Source: Theionarchaea archaeon (GTDB lineage: Archaea; Methanobacteriota_B; Thermococci; Methanofastidiosales; SZ-28-30). Taken from it: a stretch of DNA of 57,311 nucleotides. The notes below the pieces were generated by a model that ran no database searches, had not been told where the DNA came from, and saw only the letters and a program-made list of their open reading frames with translations. The stretch is taken from assembly GCA_018992565.1 (NCBI GenBank), contig JACVGW010000009.1, positions 1-57,311 on the forward strand, written 5' to 3'. Made by a program: the position numbers and the translations under genes. Shown piece by piece: positions 1 through 8,402 of the stretch (position 1 is the first letter of the stretch; every line of letters begins with the position of its first letter).

Positions 1-190
1 TTTCTTCCTGCACTATCGCGATACACTTTGGCAGAAGGGAAGTACTCCATGTCCATTCAGCCGTCTCGTTCACATCGTTTCGAAAGGTACCTTGTATAGT
101 ATGTACCGTCAGAACGGGGGGTTCTCCACCTCTCTGTGCACCTCTGGGAAGCCACGCAAACCATTATAAATGGAATGGCTATTCTACTGC

Positions 191-634
191 ATGAATGCCG
201 TGTTGGAACTTATCTTTATTTCAGTGCTTCCCTGGATCGAGCTTAGGGGTGGCATACCTGTAGGAATCAGCATGGGTCTTGATCCTCTCTACGTCTTTGC
301 TATTTGTACCTTGACGGATATTTTCCTCATCCCAGTGATTTTGGTCTTCCTGCGATATGCAGTCCCGCTGGTTCTTAGGATTGAAAGAATAAATCAACTG
401 TACCAATGGAATGTGGTAAGAACGCTAAAAAGATACGAGAAATACAGGAAATGGGAAGAACTGGGACTGGCTCTGTTTGTGGCCATACCATTACCATTTA
501 CGGGTGTATATTCAGGGACTCTAGTATCATATGCTCTGAACCTCAGAAAGAGGGAAGCGTTTCTTTCAATATCAGCAGGTGCAACGCTGGCAGGGATTTT
601 GGTCACTGTTTTAAGCCTTGGCATCCTGGGATAA
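191..634 (+). CDS. Small multi-drug export-like membrane protein (COG2426-like)
   Basis: Motifs 'LPWIELRGGIP' and 'FVAIPLPFTGVYSG', hydrophobic helices. Start moved to ATG 191, ~21 nt after TTATAAA (leaderless). Confidence 0.8.
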   Translation: MNAVLELIFISVLPWIELRGGIPVGISMGLDPLYVFAICTLTDIFLIPVILVFLRYAVPLVLRIERINQLYQWNVVRTLKRYEKYRKWEELGLALFVAIPLPFTGVYSGTLVSYALNLRKREAFLSISAGATLAGILVTVLSLGILG

Positions 635-663
635 CTATATAAACTGAAAAAGGAGGTGGGTTT

Positions 664-1203
664 ATGCAAGCTCACGTACACAAGGAAGATGATTCTGGTT
701 ATAGATCAGGAAGAGGATACTCTTTATCTGAAGTTGAAAAGAGTGGGTTGCGTGTTTCTCAGGTCCGGAACCTGGGGATATTCATAGATTCCCGCAGGAG
801 GACTCTTCATGAGTTTAATGTTCAACAATTGAAAGCACTTGTAGAAGAACGACAGAACCAATTGAGAGAAGAAGCAGAGAAAGCACGTGAAGAAGAACTT
901 GAAAGGAGAGAAGAGAAAGTATCCAGGAAGAAAGCCAGGAAAGAAGAAGAGAAAAAGAAGGCGAAAAAAGAAGAGAAAAAGAAAATCGAGAAGGTAGAAG
1001 TCAAGAAAGAGAAACCTGGCAAACCATCTCCTGATCTTACCGAAATAAAGGGCGTCGGAAAGAAAAGAGCAGAAGCCTTTAACAAAGCAGGAATTTTCAC
1101 TGTAGATGACCTCATTGCTGCTGATACTGGTAACCTGGCAAGAGAGACTCAGTTCACAGAGGACTATATTGAAACACTGAAAGAGAGGGCCAAGACACTA
1201 TGA
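664..1203 (+). CDS. rpl13e: Ribosomal protein eL13 (L13e) fused via a Lys/Glu-rich linker to a C-terminal helix-hairpin-helix domain
   Basis: N-term 'RSGRGYSLSEV...LGIFIDSRRRTLHEFNVQQLK' is the eL13 signature. C-term 'DLTEIKGVGKKRAEAFNKAGIFTVDDL' is HhH-like. RBS GGAGGTGG. Confidence 0.75.
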   Translation: MQAHVHKEDDSGYRSGRGYSLSEVEKSGLRVSQVRNLGIFIDSRRRTLHEFNVQQLKALVEERQNQLREEAEKAREEELERREEKVSRKKARKEEEKKKAKKEEKKKIEKVEVKKEKPGKPSPDLTEIKGVGKKRAEAFNKAGIFTVDDLIAADTGNLARETQFTEDYIETLKERAKTL

Positions 1204-1703
1204 GCCCTGAGGAAGCATTGTTCCTCCTCAGAGAGGCGGCCTGTCCGGATAATGTTGTTGAGCACTGCGTGGCTGTGGCTGATACGGGTATGGCTCTGGC
1301 CAGGAACATGCAGGATGACCATGTTGTTGACATTCGCCTGGTGCAGGCAGGAGGTCTCCTCCATGACATTGGGAGAGCACTCACTCATGGAATTGACCAT
1401 GGTGTAGTGGGTGCCCAGCTCCTGAGAGAACGGGGGGTTAGTAGTGCGCTCCAGAAAATCTGTGAGCGTCACGTATGCGCGGGAATTCCCAGGGAGGTGG
1501 CTGTTGAAATCGGGCTGCCTCCTCGAGATTTCATCCCCCTCACTCTTGAGGAAAAGATTGTATGTCATGCAGACAACCTGACGAACCACACAGTTGAAGA
1601 TCTTCAGCAGACCTGGCAGAATTTCTTTGGAAAGAAGAACGGTGAAATCATAGTACGCTACCTGGACAACCTCCACGAAGAGCTCAGCCCATACCTGGTC
1701 TGA
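1200..1703 (+). CDS. HD-superfamily (HDIG) metal-dependent phosphohydrolase
   Basis: 'VVEHC...GGLLHDIGR...HG..GA...ERH...EEKIVCHAD'. ATGA overlap with the upstream gene. Confidence 0.85.
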   Translation: MSPEEALFLLREAACPDNVVEHCVAVADTGMALARNMQDDHVVDIRLVQAGGLLHDIGRALTHGIDHGVVGAQLLRERGVSSALQKICERHVCAGIPREVAVEIGLPPRDFIPLTLEEKIVCHADNLTNHTVEDLQQTWQNFFGKKNGEIIVRYLDNLHEELSPYLV

Positions 1704-1778
1704 GACATCCCCCACTCCCTGAGTCATTGCCCAGGCCCAACTACTTTTACAAACCCTTAAATAGATTCTCTCCCATGA

Positions 1779-2006
1779 ATGAGTATGGTCACTGCGTTTG
1801 TGTTGTGTGGGGTTGCTCCTGGAGCAGAGCGCTCAGTGCTGCAGAAACTGCGGAGAATCTCTCAGGAAGCCCACCTCATTTATGGACAGTATGACCTTAT
1901 CGCCAAGATCTCTGTGGATCGGTGCGAAGATTTAGAAGCTTTTATAAGTAAGTTGCGCAACATTAAAGAAATCCAGAATACTCATACCTGGATTACAATG
2001 GATTGA
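1779..2006 (+). CDS. Stand-alone Lrp/AsnC ligand-binding (RAM) domain protein
   Basis: 'AFVL...G.E..V...L...EAHLIYGQYDLIAKI...T.T.I' pattern, 75 aa. Confidence 0.8.
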   Translation: MSMVTAFVLCGVAPGAERSVLQKLRRISQEAHLIYGQYDLIAKISVDRCEDLEAFISKLRNIKEIQNTHTWITMD

Positions 2007-2023
2007 GTAGGTTAGGTGATATT

Positions 2024-2338
2024 GTGGAGTTTTGTCCTGAATGCGGCGGCCTTCTCATGCCCAAAGAAGGGCGGCTTCAATGTCGCTGCGGATACAGTAA
2101 GGAGATAGGAAAAGAAGAGAAAGAACGGTACACTCTTAAAGAAGAGCCAAAAGAAGCAAGAGAAATCCCTGTCATAGAAGAAGAGCTGCAGCAGATGCCC
2201 ACGGCACGAGTCCAGTGCAGAAAGTGTGGTAATGTAGAAGCGTACTACTGGATGCTTCAGACACGATCTGCCGATGAACCTGCAACCAAGTTCTATCGAT
2301 GCACAAAGTGCAAGTACACGTGGAGAGAATACGACTAG
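2024..2338 (+). CDS. tfs: Archaeal transcription factor S (TFS)
   Basis: Two Zn ribbons (CPEC..CRC; CRKC...CTKC) and the acidic hairpin 'QTRSADEP'. GTG start after GGTGA. Confidence 0.92.
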   Translation: MEFCPECGGLLMPKEGRLQCRCGYSKEIGKEEKERYTLKEEPKEAREIPVIEEELQQMPTARVQCRKCGNVEAYYWMLQTRSADEPATKFYRCTKCKYTWREYD

Positions 2339-2340
2339 AG

Positions 2341-2943
2341 CTAGTCACCAAACAGGCGCAGTACGTTCATGGAAAGTCGGTGGACTTCCATTTCCTTCTC
2401 CAGGAGACTGAGCTGCTTCACAGAGAGAGATGAAGGGTCCAGAGGAATAATGAGGGTTGCATTGTTCAGGATTATGAGATCGTTGAGAGCCTGGAGAAAT
2501 CGCAGCGTTGTCTCAAATCCATTATGCATAATCAAGTATTCCAACCCATCTAGAAAGACAACAGCAGATTCTCTTTCTCTTATGAAGTCCCTGATGAGAT
2601 GCGTGAGTTTGGCCAGGCTGGTGGGATCGATGCTGTAGGGGCTCTCTTCTCTGGACAGCCACAGAATGTTGATATCATCAAGCATCTCGCTCTTTGATAT
2701 CTTATCAGGAAATGTTCGGGTAATAACCATTCCATTGCGCTTTCTATCTTCAGTCAACTTGTGGAAGAGGGATATCCCTCTATTGTACCCTTTTTCTTTA
2801 ACGAGGTACGAAATTCCCAGCTCCCATTCGGTTTCCGCACGGCCTCTCAGGTATTCAAAGACATAGTAGAGGAGGACTACTACCGTTATCGCTGTCCCTA
2901 CCGCAAGAATAGCCAAAACTGTAACCGCACCTATACCTACCAT
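2341..2943 (-). CDS. DUF835-domain membrane-anchored protein
   Basis: N-terminal TM helix; 'IDPTSL...VVFLDGLEYLIMHNGFETTLRFLQALND'. Confidence 0.8.
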   Translation of the reverse strand: MVGIGAVTVLAILAVGTAITVVVLLYYVFEYLRGRAETEWELGISYLVKEKGYNRGISLFHKLTEDRKRNGMVITRTFPDKISKSEMLDDINILWLSREESPYSIDPTSLAKLTHLIRDFIRERESAVVFLDGLEYLIMHNGFETTLRFLQALNDLIILNNATLIIPLDPSSLSVKQLSLLEKEMEVHRLSMNVLRLFGD

Positions 2944-3127
2944 GGTTTCTACCCTTCATGGGTTCTATTCTCCCGCTTAAAAAGTTTTTGGACGCATTGG
3001 CCGATCTTCGAAAATACTTGTGAATTCTCCAATCATCACCTGGACTGGGTGACGGGAGCGACATTGAGGAGATGGGCAATGCCAAAATTTATATGGTCTT
3101 CTGGGTTACCCTGTGAAAGGTGAGTTC

Positions 3128-4525
3128 ATGTCCCTCAATGTGTATAATACTCTAACTAACCAGAAAGAGGAGTTCCGTCCTCTGGAGAAGAATAAGGTGA
3201 GAATGTACGTATGTGGCCCAACGGTGTATGACAAGTGTCATATAGGTCACGCCAGATGTTATGTTGCTTTCGATGTCATCCGGAGGTACCTGGAGTACTG
3301 TGGGCATGACGTCACCTTTGTGGAGAACTTCACGGATGTTGACGATAAGATTATCAAGAAATCCAATGAGACAGGAGAAGACCCCTTTGAAATTGCAGAG
3401 CGGAATATCAAGGATTATTTCAGGGACATGGATGCCCTGAACGTTCAGCGGGCAGACTTGTACCCAAGGGCTACCAAGCATGTCGCAGACATGATCGCGT
3501 TCATTGAACGACTGCTGGAGAAGGGCTATGCCTATGTGGCTGATGGTGATGTTTACTTTTCTGTGGAGAAAGTGGCAGACTACGGAAAGCTTTCAGGGGT
3601 CAATATTGAGCAGATGAAAGCTGGAGCCAGAATTGCTGTCGATGAGAAAAAGAGAGACCCCCTGGACTTTGCGTTGTGGAAGAAGGCTAAAGAAGGTGAA
3701 CCCAGCTGGGAGAGTCCCTGGGGAGAAGGAAGACCTGGCTGGCATATTGAGTGTTCCACCATGACTCTCAAGCACCTGGGGGAGACACTGGATATTCATG
3801 GAGGTGGCCAGGACCTCATTTTTCCCCACCATGAGAACGAGATAGCTCAATCTGAGGCGTATTCGGGGAAGCAGTTTGTGCGTTACTGGCTGCACAACGG
3901 GTTTGTCACCATTCGGGAAGAGAAAATGTCAAAGTCTCTGGGAAATATTGTTGCTGTAGGGGACTTGCTTCAGCAGTATTCTCCCGAAACCTTGAGGTAC
4001 TTTTTGGTGGCATCTCACTACAGGAAACCCATAGATTTTGACGAAGCTGTCCTTGAGGAATCCCGGAAGGCAGTTACGCGGCTGCTGAATACTGTGGATC
4101 TGGTAAAGGGGGCCCTTCAGGGAGGACCGACTGGTGAATCCTTTTCTGTAAAGGAATACAGGGAACGATTCCAGGAAGCAATGGATGATGACTTCAACAC
4201 GCCTGGGGCCTTGTCAGTGTTGTTTGAGCTTGTCAGAGATACCAACAGGCGAATTGAAGAGAAGAATATTGATAGGGCATCGCTGGAGGATGTGCTGGAT
4301 ACTTTCAGGGTGCTGGCTGGCGATGTTCTGGGGTTATTCTTTGAGGTGAAGACTGAGGAAGTCTCTGAAGAGCTTCTTGAAATACTGATTGCTGTGAGAG
4401 AAATGGTCAGGCAGAAGAAGCTGTGGGACGTTTCAGATACCATACGGGATCGCCTTAGAGAGATCGGGATTGTCCTGGAGGATACACCTGAAGGTACCCG
4501 GTGGAAATTGGTTCGAGACCAGTGA
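3128..4525 (+). CDS. cysS: Cysteine--tRNA ligase
   Basis: 'YVCGPTVY', HIGH, 'DFALWK', 'GRPGWHIEC', KMSKS. ATG 3128 after AGGTGA. Confidence 0.97.
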   Translation: MSLNVYNTLTNQKEEFRPLEKNKVRMYVCGPTVYDKCHIGHARCYVAFDVIRRYLEYCGHDVTFVENFTDVDDKIIKKSNETGEDPFEIAERNIKDYFRDMDALNVQRADLYPRATKHVADMIAFIERLLEKGYAYVADGDVYFSVEKVADYGKLSGVNIEQMKAGARIAVDEKKRDPLDFALWKKAKEGEPSWESPWGEGRPGWHIECSTMTLKHLGETLDIHGGGQDLIFPHHENEIAQSEAYSGKQFVRYWLHNGFVTIREEKMSKSLGNIVAVGDLLQQYSPETLRYFLVASHYRKPIDFDEAVLEESRKAVTRLLNTVDLVKGALQGGPTGESFSVKEYRERFQEAMDDDFNTPGALSVLFELVRDTNRRIEEKNIDRASLEDVLDTFRVLAGDVLGLFFEVKTEEVSEELLEILIAVREMVRQKKLWDVSDTIRDRLREIGIVLEDTPEGTRWKLVRDQ

Positions 4526-4868
4526 GAACTCACGTCTGAGTGGATGCTGAATGCTACGGGGAGCCTTGACTGCAAGAGCACTGAAACCCCTCTGCTACAG
4601 GAGTTACTTTTTTATTGCGAGATGTATTCACTCAGTCAATGGAACTCCGCATTGAAGATATCATAGAGCGATCTAACCGTACCTTTGTGCACATCGGCGG
4701 AGATTTCGTCCTCATCAAAGATTCTCCCATACAGTGCCCGTTCCTGCGAATTGGCTCCTGGCAGGAGGCATGGATTGCCCTATATTTGAGAAAACTGCAG
4801 TTCGGGCAATTCACTGAAGAGAGACAGATCAGAGATGCATGTAAGTATGTTCCCTTTGGTGCTACTGA

Positions 4869-4968
4869 NNNNNNNNNNNNNNNNNNNNNNNNNNNNNNNN
4901 NNNNNNNNNNNNNNNNNNNNNNNNNNNNNNNNNNNNNNNNNNNNNNNNNNNNNNNNNNNNNNNNNNNN
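4869..4968. other. Assembly gap (100 N)
   Basis: Run of N; contiguity across it is not guaranteed. Confidence 0.99.
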
Positions 4969-5033
4969 CCTGAGAGACGAGGGTGCAGCCGGGATTGAGC
5001 AATCTTTTTATACACAGACCCCTTCACCATACT

Positions 5034-5912
5034 ATGGAACCTGAAAGAAAGAAAAGAAGTATCGATGTAGGAGGAATTCTCTTTGCGCTCTTTGTCCTGC
5101 TCCTGGGAGCTTTCTCACTCTTGCTTGATGTATCACCTTTCAGTGGCATATTCTACTTGCTGAGGTTATGGCCATTGATACTAGTAGGTGTAGGTATATG
5201 GTTGATCTTCAAACATGCACAGCATGAGGGAGTAGGTGCTGTGGTTCTGGCTATACTTCTTGTTGTCGCAATGTACAGCGCTTTCTCTGAAGTGGAGGTA
5301 CAGTCATTGCGTACCGAAGAGGAGGAGTTTTCTTCGGACCTGTCAGAGTTTGAAGCATCCTTGGACCTATTGTTTGGTGTATTCTCCGTGGACGCTACTT
5401 CAGACAACCTTTATGTCCTTCAGGGATATGAATCCATGGACTCTACCTTCTATGTTGCAGGGGACACTGGGCACCTCGACCTGTCACTGACTGCAGAGTC
5501 TTTCATTCCTCTGGCTGGCTCGCACGAGGCAGAAATTCTCCTCACCAGCAACCTGCCATTAGTGGTGGACGCAGATATTGCCTTTTCAACGGTTGAGTTT
5601 GATGCTTCTCGTCTGGAAATAAAGGAGCTCACAATCACTGGAGGACTGTCCAGCCTTAAGCTGATACTGGGCGAGACAAATGCTGACATCTCTTTTTCCA
5701 TGGGCATGTCATCTGTCACCATCTATATCCCCAGGACAGTGGGCCTGAGGGTTGTCTCCACCGGGCTGACTTCCTTGTCTGTGCCTTCAGGGTGGATAAA
5801 AATCGATGATGGATATATGAGTCCTGACTATGATACCGCTCTCTACAAGATCGAAGTGAATTCCAGTACGGGGCTGGGAACAATCGTCATAAAATACGTT
5901 GAATCGTTCTGA
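5034..5912 (+). CDS. LiaF/LiaI-like membrane protein (N-terminal TM bundle plus beta-rich C-terminal domain)
   Basis: Three TMs with 'LWPLILVGVG', then a repetitive beta-strand region ('GMSSVTIYIPRTVGLRV'). Start moved to ATG 5034 after TTTTTATA. Confidence 0.6.
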   Translation: MEPERKKRSIDVGGILFALFVLLLGAFSLLLDVSPFSGIFYLLRLWPLILVGVGIWLIFKHAQHEGVGAVVLAILLVVAMYSAFSEVEVQSLRTEEEEFSSDLSEFEASLDLLFGVFSVDATSDNLYVLQGYESMDSTFYVAGDTGHLDLSLTAESFIPLAGSHEAEILLTSNLPLVVDADIAFSTVEFDASRLEIKELTITGGLSSLKLILGETNADISFSMGMSSVTIYIPRTVGLRVVSTGLTSLSVPSGWIKIDDGYMSPDYDTALYKIEVNSSTGLGTIVIKYVESF

Positions 5913-6632
5913 ACCAGTCAATCCTCTCACACGCTTTCACTGAATGGTCAGGTGAATTCATTCGTCATGTCCAGGTGACCTGTAGAACCAATCCTGGAAG
6001 AGGCTACAGGGTGCTCTGCTCATGGCAGAAATCGTGCAGCAAGAAAAGTCTTACAGGGGGTTCACATTTAGAACTGACGCCCATGATGACTCCATCACGG
6101 ACAAACAGGAAAAACGCGTGAGACTTTTGTTACAGAAGTTCCTGCTCATCTCGAAATGACGCATGAGGTCAGCAATGACAGGTATGATATACTGGCATAG
6201 TGGTTTACATGAAGGAGCATACACTGATCTTAACCCCAGTGGGTAGTGTCGTCAATATTTCGAGTAACTCTGGATGCACCGCACAGGCTGTGCCCTGCAT
6301 CAAGCAGGGAATCTCCTCCGTAGAGACTGATTGATTCTTGGCCTTCTTTCTCATGCTCCTTGAGGTGACGTGATACGATTTCTGGGTTTCAATGAATTGG
6401 AATTTGATAACACCAGATCTCCCTTACCTTCGGAAGTAGCTGTTATGACGTATGTAGAACCTCTCTGAATCAGAGTGCATCAGCTCTCATAAGCTCTATC
6501 ACTGGTCAATCATTGGATTCATTCATCATCTGCACTACGTGTATCTACTCCTTTTGAAACCTCCAGATCCAGCCGAATCACTGGTTACAGAGGACTGATC
6601 AAGCACTACTTCTCGGGACCTCATTCGGTGGG

Positions 6633-6764
6633 TCAGTCTTTTGCCAGACTCTCCACAAGGTTCAACCGCTCTTCTTCTTCAAGGATCATCAGATTGCCGC
6701 AATGTGAGCATCTGAGGGCTTTCCTTTTCCTTCCGTCTATCATAACTTCTTCGACTTTCGCCAT
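6633..6764 (-). CDS. 43-aa microprotein with CxxCG knuckle (MAKVEEVMIDGRKRKALRCSHCGNLMILEEEERLNLVESLAKD)
   Basis: Hand-translated; below the ORF-track cutoff. Strong RBS AGGAGGT before the ATG and a TATA-like TATATAAA about 55 nt upstream. Confidence 0.7.
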   Translation of the reverse strand: MAKVEEVMIDGRKRKALRCSHCGNLMILEEEERLNLVESLAKD

Positions 6765-6977
6765 GAAATACCTCCTGGAAATTCGAACTCTGAACGTTCT
6801 AATCTTTCAGATTACTTTATATATATTTCGGTCTACTTGGAATATTTCCAATTTACAAGTGGTGGGTTCGCTTATCTAGAGTGGAATGGTGAAGATTCGC
6901 TTCCATTTCTTTTGGTGCAGTCCCCTTGTCCGGAGGAGAGAAGGTATCTATTTATAGAAACCCACTGAAGAATTTCC

Positions 6978-7529
6978 ATGAAAGTAGTCCGATCTCCTGA
7001 AATACTCTTGTACCCCAGTGGTGTGGTTCTGGCCACCTCATCATACCAAGGGAAAGACAATATTATAACCCTGGCCTGGATCTCAACAGTCTGTTTTGAC
7101 CCTCCCCTGGCTGGCTGTGCTATCAGGGACACCAGGTTCTCTCATGAACTGATTAGTAAGAGCAAAGAGGTTGTTCTCAACATACCCTCTGAGAACCAGG
7201 TTCGTGAAACAGATTATTGCGGGCAGGTATCAGGAAGAACAGTTGATAAGTTTGCTGCGTGCAAATTCACCAGGCTCCCTGCTTCCAAGGTCAATGCCCC
7301 ACTCATAAAGGAATGTCCTGTCAACATTGAGTGCAGGGTAATCAAGACTGTTCAACTGGGCACCCATGACCTGTTTATTGGGGAAGTGGTTGCAGTAAAT
7401 GCAGATGAAGAAGTGGTAGAAGAGAGCGGGGTATCATTTGGGAAGTTCAACCCCATTGCCTATGCTAGAGGTGAGTACTGGACCCTGGGGAACTCCCTGG
7501 GGAAGTATGGGTTTTCAAAGAAGCCCTGA
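6978..7529 (+). CDS. Flavin reductase family protein (flavoredoxin-like)
   Basis: 'NIITLAW', 'DYCGQVSGR.VDKF', 'APLIKECPVNIEC', 'GTHDLFIGEV'. Confidence 0.9.
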   Translation: MKVVRSPEILLYPSGVVLATSSYQGKDNIITLAWISTVCFDPPLAGCAIRDTRFSHELISKSKEVVLNIPSENQVRETDYCGQVSGRTVDKFAACKFTRLPASKVNAPLIKECPVNIECRVIKTVQLGTHDLFIGEVVAVNADEEVVEESGVSFGKFNPIAYARGEYWTLGNSLGKYGFSKKP

Positions 7530-8253
7530 GCCACTCTAGGGAAGAATTGATTTCCTCTTGCGTGTCGTGGGGAGCTTCCAGTGTGTAGGCACCTCTGTAC
7601 CCTGACCTGGAGATAGCAGAAAAAATAGACGGGAAATCAAGAATCCCCTCCAGGGGCTTGAGGTACCTCCTCTTTCCATCACGTATCCACTGGCCGTCAT
7701 AATCTCTCACATGGATGTTATTGATGTGGGGTGCATGGACCAGGACTTCATCCAGGCAGTCATACTTACTGGTGTATTCAAGGTCGACCGTAAATAGAGG
7801 ATTCCGCAGAGTCCTGTTGAAAAAAGAAGCCAGATCAGTAATTTTGATTGCCATATGGGGAATCAGTTCAACACTCAATGTGACGGAGCACTGCTCAGCA
7901 TGCTCTTGTAGGGTGTTCACAGTAGCTGCTATATGATCAAGGTTTGGAGACTCATTCAGCGAATTGTAAGCATGGAGGACAAGAGTGGACGCCTCCACCT
8001 TATGGGCCACGTCAATGTCCTGGATGATAAGATCTTTTCCTTTTTCAGTGTCCTCTTCCAGAATGACGCACGCCTGTTTTGCCCCATGTACAGAAAAAAA
8101 AGGATAACCAGTAAACACGGTGGAAACCTCCTTTTTGTCCCAGGCATTGAACAGAAACAGTTCAAAGTGGTCAGCATCAAGATGAGACAGGAAGGGTTCT
8201 ACCGTTTCAGGTTCACGGCGCGGTATGCAACACGTGGAACAGCCGACTGTCAT
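7465..8253 (-). CDS. Sugar-phosphate isomerase/epimerase-like TIM-barrel protein
   Basis: 'SVH', 'LVLH', 'LSVE', 'NIHVRD', 'GYRGAYTLE' metal-binding pattern. Confidence 0.7.
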   Translation of the reverse strand: MTVGCSTCCIPRREPETVEPFLSHLDADHFELFLFNAWDKKEVSTVFTGYPFFSVHGAKQACVILEEDTEKGKDLIIQDIDVAHKVEASTLVLHAYNSLNESPNLDHIAATVNTLQEHAEQCSVTLSVELIPHMAIKITDLASFFNRTLRNPLFTVDLEYTSKYDCLDEVLVHAPHINNIHVRDYDGQWIRDGKRRYLKPLEGILDFPSIFSAISRSGYRGAYTLEAPHDTQEEINSSLEWLRASLKTHTSPGSSPGSSTHL

Positions 8254-8402
8254 GCCGCTTGAAGGGAATGGGAATATAAGAACCTTTCACGCGTTGTGAG
8301 AATCTGATGGGTCATGTTGCCAGGTACCTTGCTCCCAGCCCACCCGGCCAGCTGGTCACTCTGTAGCAGAGGCTTTTTAATCAATGCGTCATAGTGTCTT
8401 CT

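Noticed and set aside
4615..5044. ORFs spanning the N gap
   Set aside because: Artefacts of translating through Ns; flanks are unidentifiable.
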